DNA of 64,000 nt from Antedon mediterranea (lineage: Eukaryota; Animalia; Echinodermata): NCBI RefSeq assembly GCF_964355755.1, contig NC_092677.1:17196101-17260100 (forward strand). Reading direction: 5' to 3'. Position 1 is the first letter of the stretch. Each line of letters starts with the position of its first letter. The position numbers were made by a program, and so were the translations under genes. The notes below the pieces were generated by a model. That model made no database searches. It saw nothing but the letters and a program-made list of their open reading frames with translations, and had not been told where the DNA came from. Shown here one piece after another: positions 51,801 through 64,000 of the stretch.

Positions 51801-53431
51801 TTGTATCTGTAAAATCTGTCCTTGTAACAGTTGTATATAAACCAAATTAAATATTACATGTCTGTGCTTATTTAAACAACAATTTACAAATTTGTTTCCT
51901 ATCATTAAATCAATATTTTTAAGTTAAAAAGGATTCCTATTTATTAATTTTCTGAAAAAAAAAATAGTCTGTGTGGAAAAAATATTTATTTATTTTCTTT
52001 TCAATTTGTATTTATTGTAAAACAGTTATTTTATGCAAATCTCACCTGTATAAACTGACAATAGCCCTATTCTGCAAGGAGAGATGTATATTTAAAAAAA
52101 ATAGACAATTCAATGAACATCCATATTCTTATACTGTATTATGAATATTACAAAACACAAATGGATGATTGTGCATGAAATTTACTCCCAAAATGTAGGT
52201 GGGATTAAAATCTAATTTATAACACACCTTAGAGAACTATATTGATTGGAGGATTGTTGGTCACATGATATTAAATAAATGTTTTATTGCACCTTCTCAC
52301 CATTATCTCTAAACACAAACAAACTGCAAAATGTCATACAAACGGTTTCTTTTAGTTACATCACAAGATTAGCAAATAAAGTGACTAATTTTTTTAATTA
52401 GGTCATTTTGATCAGACAAAACGTCATATCTGATAAAAAGATAAGATATTTTAAAGATTTGGTTACATAAAATATGTCAGTACAGTGAGAAACTGAAACT
52501 ATAATCTTTTTATTAATAGATTAATATGCGTCTTTTGCTGCAATAATGCCTCAACTTTCTTTTGTTTATACACATGTTTTGCTTCAGATTCAAAGTAGTT
52601 AATATTCTTCTATATTAAACACTTTAAAGTAGATTCTTGATTGAACGAATGTGGTTCAAATGATATTAAATTAACTGCACTATAGCATGCTCAACGCTAT
52701 ATACAATTATCATGTGATAGTATTTTTTAGCTTTTTTTGTACAGAAAAAAACAGGCCACAGAGAAATTTCAACAGTGAATTTAGTGAAAGAATTCAACTG
52801 GCGGTAGTTTAAAAGCCGGTTTAAACTGTTAATATGTTTACTTTGTAATGAATGAATTAGATTAGTATTTCTAATACAAGAAACATGTTTGCACTTTGTA
52901 TAATACATTCAGCTGATGACTTACCTCTTAGTTTGGTTTTTGGGATTACTTGAGATTATTTGTCATTAGAAGCTTATTTTAATAAATTCTCTCTGAAGTA
53001 TATTGCCAAGAAAATATGCATTGCTACCCTTGTAATAATAGTTTATTTATATACAATTTACTATAAAACCCTTTTATTTGGGACACTTTCTTTTTAACAC
53101 TACAGCCAATCCGTATTCAGGACAACATTAGGAACACATTGTTGGGTCCTGAAGGTGTCCCCATTCTAATGTATGTTTTAATTGATGTACAAAATTGTAC
53201 TCAATCATAAATGAAATAAAGTAACTGCAATAAAATAATTTGAATTGGCAAGAATTCTATTCTATAAGGACCACTGATTTGATTACATTGCAGGAAACAA
53301 TTGATATATGTATGACGAGTGACATTCAGTGAAATTCATTGGACTACCATTATTCACCATAACCTACTGTCCAGGGATTGTATGAGATGTGTATGTCAAA
53401 TTAAAGGCAAGGGTGACATTTACCATACCTA

Positions 53432-53530
53432 AAGAGCCAACATCGGCAGAGGTTTGAGGCCAACTAGTTCCTAGTTCTGGACTATAAACTGTAGTGAGTG
53501 TACACAGTTTACCCGTGTGTGCTTTATACT
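53432..53530 (+). mobile_element. Decayed fragment of the 21441-21759 SINE family
   Basis: AACATCGGCAGAGGTTTGAGGC..GGACTATAAACTGTAG..AGTGTACACA..CGTGTGTGCTTTA matches the SINE. Confidence 0.65.
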
Positions 53531-53831
53531 AGTCTTCTCAGTGGAATGATGTTTTAAGTATGTTTAAAAAATAGTTATAAAGTATAGCCAAGGGTTGATG
53601 CCATTAGCTATGACTTGTCTTCCTCTTTTGTGACTAGCCATATCTTTTCTATAGAAAGAAGTTGGCATGTTTTCAGAAACCGCTTAAAGTATGGCCAAGG
53701 GTTTATGCCATAGCAAATGGCTATGTCCCCAACATCCCCATCCTTCACACTATTAATCTTGGACCCGATACCAAACGTCATTACTTAAAATCTGTGTGTG
53801 CAAACTCCTTGTAGGCCTATTCTAACTTTAA

Positions 53832-54420
53832 AGGCGAGGTGCGGGCAAAAAATTTCTACTGGTCATACATTCCAATAATTATCGATCTATAGTTTCCCCT
53901 ATTTTCATAATTTTTGGGATTTTGTTTGTGTTACACAAGCTTGTTGAAAATAAGCACTTTCATATCAGTGGGGGGGATAGTTCAAATTACACAGTAAAAT
54001 CTCTATTCTTTTGTACACACATTTTGTAAATAGAGAGGCATTTTAAAAAGCTATGAACAAATAAACTGTGTGGTAAAAAATGTTATCAGATGACTAAATA
54101 TAGGTAATATAACTTGAATTTCACATTTCTGGTATTTTTATTATACTTCAGGATTTTTATTTTCATGCTATAACAAAAATTATCCACCGTATATCCACCA
54201 TCATTTTCACGGGAGTCACCAGCATGTTATTACATTAGGTTAAACTACCTAACTACTGAAAAAAGGTCTTCCTGGTTTTTATGGCAGAATTTTGCCAAAT
54301 TTTGTATTTGACCATATTAAGGGAAATTCATGTTTTTTCGTCTTGATTTCTGTTACAAATATTTGATTTATGTACAATTAACCAGATATTATATTTAAAA
54401 TTCATGCCTGTACCTGAGCT
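53832..54420. mobile_element. Possible old TTAA-flanked MITE
   Basis: TTAA|AGGCGAGGTGCGGGCA ... TGCCTGTACCTGAGCT|TTAA (11/16 inverted match). Confidence 0.4.
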
Positions 54421-57400
54421 TTAAAACATTCCTTCCTTTCCTGTAAAGAACTTAGTTGTTACTAATCGTAACAGCTGTTTTTCTTGGCTTGGTTTGGTGT
54501 ACTAGTGTGTAATACAGAAGTTTGTTGGCAGTTAGTAGAAATGATGATTGTCCAACATTTGCCAAGAAATTAATTTATCTGTTGTAGAAACAATGAATGA
54601 ATAATAGTTGCCAAGAAGGACTTATTTGAACATAATATTGTAGTATATGATCTGTGTGATGTGGTAATTTTCTAGCTTATACAGTACAGTATGTAATAAA
54701 TAAAGTAAGGTACACATAAATATAAACAAAATAGTAAAATTGAAAAATCCTATAGGATCATGCCAACTTCAGATGTATATGAATCTTCTTCTGAAATAAC
54801 CGTTTTCATTCTACTAAAATATTTACCATATTTGTACAATATACATTTTCTTGTTTATCATATGTACCATAATTAACAACAACATAGCAACTGCTATAGT
54901 AATGAGCATGACTAAATGGTCATACTTCAGAAACACATACATTAATGTGATATGTCACGAAACATACATGCTTAAATGGGCAAAGTTGGCCCACCAAGCC
55001 CAGTCTGCTCCTTTCTCCTGCTATAGTTCTCTCTCCCAGCATTATAATTATTTGCCTAATATTGTCCTTTGCCCTGTGTATTGACTGCTTTTAGACTTCG
55101 TAAATATTACCGTATTTAGAACATAATTTTAACTCACTTGGTTTCTGCTAAGAAAAGGTAGAGTATTTTGTGGATATTCTTAATAGACAAGCAGGTTTTA
55201 TGACATTGAAAGGTTAAGAAAATTAAACCTTATTATTATTATCTTAATACATTTTCTGACACAGTCACAATGGGCTTCTATTGTAATAACAGTGACCTAC
55301 ATATAGGGGATATATTTACATTTTTACAATAATCTGTAAACCTATCCTATGGCTACGTTTGTTGCATCTTTTTTCAATGTATTTTAAATAAATATCAATT
55401 CTATACCGCTCTTAACAACTTGACGTTTTTCCTCTTTAAAATACTTTTAACTGCTATTTTTACATTATTTGAAAGTTTAAACTGTGACATAGTTTCTTTC
55501 AAAATGCAAGTATGGTGTTTTTTTGTATGTCTGCTCCAAATAGTTTACATAACAAAACATTTTAAATGTGTATTAGGTCATTGGCCTGTTGTATTACTAA
55601 ATAAATTTAGTATAATCTTGCTCGCTAATTAATATAACTATCTTTTAGAAGTTGTCTTTCCTACAAATTGTATGCATGTTGAGTGCTGTAATTATCTTGA
55701 TTTTTCACTTGGTTTAGTAAAGGAGAGCTGAAGACAGTGGCTTTGAATAATCACAAACTGTGTGTTGTGACCCTTGCACATAAATGAATTAAATAGAAAT
55801 TAATTGATTTCATTCTTAAGATTAACGAATGATTTGGTCCTTTTGACTTTGAATACGAAATTTTTAGGATAGAATATTCAGACGCATTTTCACCTTTGTG
55901 AGTTCTGTTCAAACAAGCTCTCTTTTGGACAATTTAAAGTGCCCCCCCCCCCCCCATTTTTATTTTATATATTAAAGACTTCTTTCTTTTTTTTTGGAAA
56001 TTATCTACTATAATCTTGACCATTATAAAGCTTTTTTTGTATGGAGTTCTGATGGTGCAAAAATGGTCATGTAGTGATTACTTGACACAAACAAATTAAA
56101 TCATTAAACAATACACCTCTGTACCTATTTTTTGTTGTGTCACTATTTCATTATTTATTATTGCACTATTGTACTATAATACACAATAAATTCATTTGTA
56201 CTAATAGAAAAAGTATTGTTTATGAGGCAAAACTATTTTTCAGTAGTCCCCAAGTTGACTGAGTCAAGACTAGAAAAAGAATTGTTTGTTGACCCTACGA
56301 AAAACAATAAAAATAATATAAAGCCTTATTGTTTACTTATAAAAGCTTACAATTGAAATAGCCTTTATAGGTTACGCACTATTATATATTATAATAATGA
56401 CATTGAACATGCTATTAACTTGATAAGGTTCATGTCTGATTGGTAAACAAAGAGAGATTGTGCAAAGGAAGAGGTATTTATGATAAGAATTAGATGTAAA
56501 TTGATGTTAAGTGATTGTATAAAGGGAATGTGGCTGATAAGTTTGTCGGGGGAACGGGGTGAGGCTTGGGGACATTACCAATTTATTCCAAGTCACACAG
56601 GTGTATAATTCTAAACAAATGGTGTTGTCTGAGAACAATGTGATTATCATTTTAAGTTGTATACTCTAGAGAAAGATGTTCTTGTCTCATTGTACCCAAT
56701 CAAGCTCTTTGTTTTAAAGCCCCTTTTACACAGAGCTGTGAGATTGTAATATTGCAGTAGTTGAGAACATCTTATTATATGTGTGAAAGAGTCTTAATGC
56801 CCAACTGTGCTCTTCTGTCAGATCATCATCATCATGTCATTAGTGATGCCACAAAGTGACACTAACCACACAATGGTTGGATCAAAACGTGTGTTTCGTA
56901 AAAAGCCCAGTTTATTAGAAAACTTTACAAAACATCATTTCAGATCAGAATTTCAGCAAGTTTATTTCCTATAAATTATTAAAGTAATTCATTCTGGAAT
57001 TATATTGAGTTCAAAAAGTAAAGTTTATGCAATTTTCATATTATTTACATAATATATTACAATATCATAATATGTACATGATTATAAATGATTTCCTTGT
57101 TAAAAAATGATTATTGCTATTGGCTACTAAAGCCAAGCTAAGTTTTGTTTTTATTGGACAACCCACCCGCAAGCAGAATATACCCTTGTCACAATTACTT
57201 ATGAGAGCTTTCATTCCGGCCTAGACTTCTATTAGCCTATATATGCCATTAGCCAAGGGTTCACTCACTGACCTGCAGTCGGAGACAGGATGGATTTTTA
57301 CTGCCTCGGGATGGTTTTTGGAGTGTAGGGATTTAGTGTTGTCAGTATAAATAAAATAATAATATTTCTGTTAATATAATAATAGTAATATATTGTTTGA

Positions 57401-57422
57401 AGGTTTGCATGGCGAAATCAAA

Positions 57423-57630
57423 TGTTGATATAGTTTGCGGTCCACCACATATGTTAGTTCTGAAAATAACTGTTGAGTTTCTTGATGTTTCGATCAATAT
57501 GCTTTTCCTGGACTTTCTGCATTCTCACTCGTGAGGATGATCAAAGCATATTGATTGAGACGTCGAGAAACTCAACAGTTCTTTTCATAACTAACATATG
57601 TGGTGTACCGCAAACGTATATATATCAACA
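57423..57630. mobile_element. Inverted repeat resembling a Penelope-like pseudo-LTR remnant with degenerate hammerhead core
   Basis: ~85-bp inverted arms; right arm GTGAGGA-TGATCAA-AGCATA-TTGATT-GAGAC; left arm (reverse) keeps TTGATCGAAAC. Confidence 0.6.
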
Positions 57631-60600
57631 TGATAATAGTAATTATGTTATCTTACAGTTTCTCAAACTAGTATTACCATCTTTATTTAATTTTTTAGTA
57701 GTTGTTATTTATTGTTGTTGTATGACACTGTACATTCAAGAGCCAATGATAAGTCTGGGTTTGAGCATTCAAACAACCCTCCCTTTATTCCACCTTTTTG
57801 GTGGAGAAATCTAGGCTGAAAGACTACAAAGACATACAGTATTAAGTTCCCATTTAAATAAAACATTATGCCCCTGTAACTGTCCTGTTACAGACTTGAA
57901 TGAATTTTTTTCATACACTGTACATACAGTATCTCCTATAGATACAATGAAACTTTTGCATTCTTCCGTTCAGTTTTGTTTTTTCTAGGAATTTAGGTGA
58001 ATGACAGTTTGTGGTAGAATATGTAGTTTGACAGGGAAGAATTGACAGACTTATATCTTATAAATAGAACATGTGACTTTTATTTTGCGGTTTTTGGTTT
58101 GTTTTTCAAGGAAATGTTTGTTCCTTAATATATTTTAAAAATTGTATTATCAAATTAAAATTGGTATTTCATAGTCTCATCAGGAAAATAAGCAGTCTGA
58201 AACAAATTAATCATGTGATTTCTGCTAATGTAAAGTGGGTGTGGCCATATCAATAATATAGTACAAAGATCTTTTTAAGTGATAAATTGAAAACTCCTCA
58301 AAAATAAAAATGTGTCCAATCCATGGAAAGTTTCCTTACAATATGGCTATCCCAAATTCAGCCTTACTTTATGTCAGTTTCATTGCATTACATCCATAAT
58401 GTAATACTCCATATTATAAAACACCACCCTGAGTAGATTCTTGTCATTTGATTGGATGATTATGGGTCACATGATGTTCAATAGACATACTATTAAACTC
58501 AGAGTGTATATTCTTGTTGTGTAACATAATGTGCAACACAAGGCTATTGACTTTACATTCGAAAAAAATCAACCTGTAGTGTTGCTCTGTCTACACTGTG
58601 TCCATCCAAGTGGATGTCTGCCATCTGGAAAGGGGTAGCCACTCGTTGAAAGTAAATTGCAAAAATTGTTATTTTCATCTCATGAAATTATTTGCCCATT
58701 ACTCTCTTAGCATAGAATAAAAAGATCAACTTTAATTGTAATATTGAGTTTGATAATATATTATTATAATATTATGTTGGTAAAATTTACTGTACAGTAC
58801 ACAGTTCTGTTTGTATTGGATGGCTGTTATTTCTATCCGTGCCTTTGATATGGATCATGGTCTACAGTCAAATAAATTACCCTACAGTCAATATATTAAT
58901 TGGAAGCTTTTTTGAGGAATTTTTATTGCATTAATTGAGATTATCCAATTAATTTATTGAGGAAACTTGTAAGGTTATAATGGATTTAGGTTTTTGTCGC
59001 CATCATTTAATCAAGTTATCAGGCCATGTAATTACTTCTTTTTTTATTAAATGATTTAGAACAATCAACAGAAAACCTATATACAGTAGAACCCCTTCCC
59101 CTACAATTGAAGTATATATAATAATTAATATGTATATATATAACACACTACTATAACAACCATACCCTAATCAAGAAACACCCATATAGTATTCAAAGTA
59201 GACCTGTTGCTTATTTTTAACACCTATTTTAAAAATCAAATATTCCCTAAAAACATAACAAATTTAGATCATAGGAATATTTATTTACTACTGAAAAACA
59301 TAAAGCAGTTCTGTGTAATAAGATAGTAATAAAATGAAAATTTAATTATTAAAATTATTTACAAAACAGTTAATTTCCTGTACAGAATGTCATGTATAAT
59401 GAAAATACATTTATGAAAATATGTCTTGATTTTACTATTAAAAAGGAAATATGTTGTACCGGTAACCTAGAAAAATAAATGATATAACAACGCTTTTAGT
59501 GATAGTGATAAAGCCATGGGTACCCACTGGGACATGAGTGTATGACATAACAACACTTTCAGTGACACAGCCCCGGGTACCCACAGGGACATGAGTGTAT
59601 CTCCAAAGTTCAATTTCTGTCATCAGGGATCGGGATTTCTTATGGAATCCAACTGTCTATATTCTGACTGCTAAACTGAACCTGTGGATTATAACGCAAG
59701 ACGACATATCCAGTAGCTGTCAATATTGTGACGCCATCAGTCACCCAGTGAACACCCAAAACACTCCTGTCTAAGCCTTTAATTCCCACTTGACAAGTTT
59801 GATAGGATATGCTCATCTTCAATATCACTGACCAATATTATCTCCCTGCCCAATGATGCCCTTAATATTAATAACCATGTGCACTTTTGCAAAATTCTAT
59901 AATTTGACCCTTAATTTGACCCTTATTCGGACATGTATGGTCAAATTGTTGAAATCCTTACAGTGCAGATTTTCTTATAATTATTTACAGTACATCTGCA
60001 ATGTTTCCATTCTAACACACTCTTTATATTCTTTCCTAATTTAAAAATTAAACAGTTTAGAATGAGTAGGAAGTCATGATTATATTCTTTTTAAGTTTGT
60101 CATTTATTTAACAAAAATGTTTTGCAACATAAACATCATAAAAGCATTTGACAATTTTGGTAAATTATCAATTTGCAATTAAAGAACAATTTATAATTAT
60201 AGAACAGAATAAGTTGACTTTATAGATAGTTTTTCATTTTATTTTGCAATGATTGAAGCAAAACAAAAGCAGGTTTATTTGAGCTTTAAGTGCATGGTTT
60301 TCCATGGGATTTTCAGATCCTTTTCTATTGTTCCTATCCAATATAACAATTTTTGTGACTTTAGTAGACACTTTGACTAATTCTTTCTTTCAGATATTTA
60401 CACTCTAATACTGCTAAAGTGGACTATTTTGGCTTATAGTTAATATTTGAAATAACTAATAACTTTTTCTCTATTGTACCCTAGATTCTCATATTTAGAT
60501 TAATGCCATGATTTAGCAGGCTTATACTTAATCTCTTCAAAAAGAATTTGAAGCAATGGGCTTATTTCTGTTTTTTTCTTGTAATTGTGTGTATTTGAGT

Positions 60601-60650
60601 TTATCCTAAAAATCACATTAGAATCAGCTCCAAATATACTGATTAATTAT

Positions 60651-60750
60651 TGATTGATAATTGATCAGCTCTACTGAAACTGATCAAGTCTTGATTGATA
60701 ATTGATCAGCTCTACTGAAACTGATCAATTCTAGATTGATAATTGATCAG
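60651..60750 (-). repeat. ~2.4 inverted copies of the 41-bp satellite
   Basis: TGATTGATAATTGATCAGCTCTACTGAAACTGATCAAGTCT is the reverse complement of the 61265 unit. Confidence 0.9.
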
Positions 60751-61264
60751 TGTTGACAAAATATATAGATTCTGAAAGAGTAATTATAATTATAGGCAGA
60801 TTTATAAAACATTAACAACATAATTTAGTGATTTAGTGATAGAGAGAATATTAAAAAATGTAATTAGAATTGATTGAAATGAACACTATCAGTTGGATGA
60901 TACAGAATGTTTGATGAATAACATATGGAGCTTCCATGCAACTGGTATCAATTAAGGAAATCCTTCCATGTCTTTGTATTACTCTAGTCTAGGCACCACT
61001 ATCCGTGGTATCACCCCTAGGCCTAAAAGAAACCGGTCATTTTCGAGTTGCATCCTTCATTAGGCACCAATAGTCAAAACATCACCCCTAGGCCAACACT
61101 CAAGCACTTAATACCTATCCTTTCATGTCAAAAATTATTTGTAATGAAGTGTTGCAATAAAAGTTAAGTTAATATTCAGTTCTTTTAAATAACGATAATT
61201 GAAAAAAGGCGTCACATCTGTTTTCCTCTCAATAATTATCTTCTCATTGAATGTTACTCCAGTT

Positions 61265-62144
61265 GGAGCTGATCAATTATCAATCAAGAATTGATAAGTT
61301 TCAGTAGAGCTGATCAATTATCAATCAAGACTTGATCAGTTTCAGTAGAGCTGAGCAATTATAAATCAAGAATTGATAAGTTTCAGTGGAGCTGACCAAT
61401 TATCAATCAAGAATTGATCAGTTTCAGTAGAGCTGAGCAACTATAAATCAAGCATTGATAAGTTTCAGTGGAGCTGATCAATTATCAATCAAGAATTGAT
61501 CAGTTTCAGTAGAGCTGATCAATTATAAATCAAGACTTGATCAGTTTCAGTAGAGCTGAGCAATTATAAATCAAGAATTGATAAGTTTCAGTGGAGCTGA
61601 CCAATTATCAATCAAGACTTGATCAGTTTCAGTAGAGCTGATCAATTATCAATCAAGAATTGATCAGTTTCAGTAGAGCTGATCAATTATCAATCAAGAC
61701 TTGATCAGTTTCAGTAGAGCTGAGCAATTATAAATCAAGAATTGATAAGTTTCAGTGGAGCTGACCAATTATCAATCAAGACTTGATCAGTTTCAGTAGA
61801 GCTGATCAATTATCAATCAAGACTTGATCAGTTTCAGTAGAGCTGATCAATTATCAATCAAGACTTGATCAGTTTCAGTAGAGCTGAGCAACTATAAATC
61901 AAGCATTGATAAGTTTCAGTGGAGCTGATCAATTATCAATCAAGAATTGATCAGTTTCAGTAGAGCTGATCAATTATCAATCAAGACTTGATCAGTTTCA
62001 GTAGAGCTGAGCAATTATAAATCAAGAATTGATAAGTTTCAGTGGAGCTGACCAATTATCAATCAAGACTTGATAAGTTTCAGTGGAGCTGATCAATTAT
62101 CAATCAAGACTTGATAAGTTTCAGTGGAGCTGACCAATTATCAA
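61265..62144 (+). repeat. Satellite, ~21 x 41 bp, with recurring variants
   Basis: GATCAATTATCAATCAAGACTTGATCAGTTTCAGTAGAGCT. Confidence 0.97.
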
Positions 62145-62544
62145 AGGATTATGTAACCAAAAATGTTTCTATCACTAAAAAACAGTCTGTGATAGGACGA
62201 TAGTTATTCATAATATATAATAATGGAACAAAAGAAAAAAGTAGAGTTTGAATGGGTTCTGGTGCTTGTAGGCTGGGAGACTAGTATTTTGGCTGGAATA
62301 CAATTTACCTATTCAGGGTTAATCACGTTTAAATGCGTATACAGTTTATCCCAGCCATTTATTATTATTATTTTAAACCGATTGTAATCTTTAAAATAAT
62401 GAAGAAACTTCATTGTGTAAAATTTGTTTAGGTGGTTCAACTTTACATAACCTTCAATTATAATGTTTTCCATACCTGGTCTGGTTTAATCTTTCTACTT
62501 TTAATAATGATATAATAATTTTGAATATAATATAATTTAATATT

Positions 62545-63387
62545 ATACAGATATTGACTGCTTAGAGGTTAAATATAAGATTTGACATCCCCGAGGGAAT
62601 GATATTATGTTCGAGGAAATATATAATTCCAGAGAACTTAATATCATTCCCGAGGGGATGTCTAATCTTATATTTTACCGATATAAAAGGCGATATCTGT
62701 TATATTACATAGCCAACAACAAGTAGAATATCTGCTGGGTCGGGTAGCTAGGCTAGGCCTCCTTTTTGTATTGTATGTAAACAAGCTGCCCAGACACCTT
62801 ACCTTTCGAAGAATAATATACAGATAATTACTAATTAATGGCAATAAAATAACAGAAGAATTTCTATCAATAAGCCTAAATTAATAATAATAATAAAATT
62901 ATCAGGTAGGCCGAATAAATAATAATTCGATCGAGCCGTCGATTACTACTGTGAGTATTAACCAATCACAAACGGTCTTTCATCACATCTAGGGAGGACT
63001 AATAACAAATTAGGGCGCTATGTATGCATAGTTTAAATAATTTGTTGATTAATTTCTTCAAGCAAGTTCCGTGGCGCAGCGCATGAAGCGTTGTCTTGTG
63101 ATGGAGTGACAATTTCATCGCGAGTTCAAGACCCAGTGATGACTTTTGTTTATTTATCGGCAAACGCGAGTGTTGCCACACGAAAATTACACAGTCAATA
63201 TCATCGTACTCGAGAATTTGCTGGATTTTATATGTTTAATGACAGGGGACACGATAATTACGCGAAAATTACTCGGTCAATATCATCGTACTCGAGGATA
63301 TATACGATTTACGATCCTCGCAGCGGTAGTCATGTGATGCAGTTTCAACCAATCACGTTCACGTATTTACATAGGCTATGTAATATA
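62545..63387. mobile_element. Unclassified element with long left hairpin and internal-to-terminal inverted repeat
   Basis: AAATATAAGATTTGACATCCCCGAGGGAATGATATT..AATATCATTCCCGAGGGGATGTCTAATCTTATATTT hairpin; GTTATATTACATAGCC (62699) inverted to GGCTATGTAATATAAC (63372-63387); CpG-rich interior. Confidence 0.55.
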
Positions 63388-64000
63388 ACAATATATTACA
63401 GAAGATAAGTCTTTGTTTATTTGTTTTACATTTGGCAGTTATAGCTATTGTTTGACACTTTACAGTTACATTTTGTAATATGATGTGTGACTCATATGCT
63501 CACTACTGTATACTGCTTTCTTTCATATTGATGAGTCAGGTTTGCATAAAAAAATCAATGAGGTATCTTGTAGAAATTGTTTATTTTTCATATCATGGTA
63601 ATGTATGATACTACATATTTAATAATCTTTATTTTGAAACAAGGCCATATGAAAGAAATAAAAAATATATATATATATTATTTGATTAATAGACTTAAAG
63701 TTCATCATTATAAATTGATAATTTTATATTTTAATAATAATTTGTGAAATACATAATGTAAATCTTAAAATGGAAGATTTAATCATTCGTGGAAACAAAT
63801 TTTAAACATTTAATTAAAGAACAGATATTGTTTTAAAATGACACTATCTTTTTAAAAAAGGTAACACTTTCCAAGAAGTGAAAAAAATGATTTTATGCCT
63901 TTCTTCTATATTGTTTTTATACAGCAAGACTTCAATTGTGGGAATGTATGAAAACAGTTTTATTGAAAACTGCCTCAGGCTAACTGTCTAAATTTTCCCG

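Noticed and set aside
57473-57814. 113-aa hydrophobic ORF
   Set aside because: Non-ATG start, crosses an inverted-repeat relic, composition typical of AT-rich noncoding DNA

Overview
AT-rich eukaryotic (animal) genomic DNA, not prokaryotic: long introns, GT-AG exons, many transposon relics and satellites. The frequent TAGGCCTA motif and Deu/Nin-type SINE suggest a marine invertebrate deuterostome such as an echinoderm (inference). The only convincing host gene is the 5' part of a + strand ADAMTS-like secreted metalloprotease. It has a clear prodomain exon at 40475-40803, a phase-compatible exon at 30832-30934, and two weaker candidate micro-exons at 30306-30458 that would supply a signal peptide. 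I found no further exon before the window end. The most striking structure is a 7.5-kb nested stack (about 8985-16491) of five related non-autonomous rolling-circle-type elements arranged A[B[C,D,E]]. Each has subterminal inverted repeats, a 3' hairpin and a CTAG end, and the inner four sit in the T-rich tract behind a relative's 5' end. Also present: two Harbinger derivatives with decayed Myb/SANT ORFs, TTAA-targeting (Kolobok-like) MITEs, a canonical Helitron, a tRNA SINE, CR1/L2 and RTE LINE relics, a Penelope-like inverted repeat with a degenerate hammerhead, long hairpins and several minisatellites. Most ORFs in the supplied track look spurious. Coordinates were read by eye; degenerate repeat boundaries are approximate.
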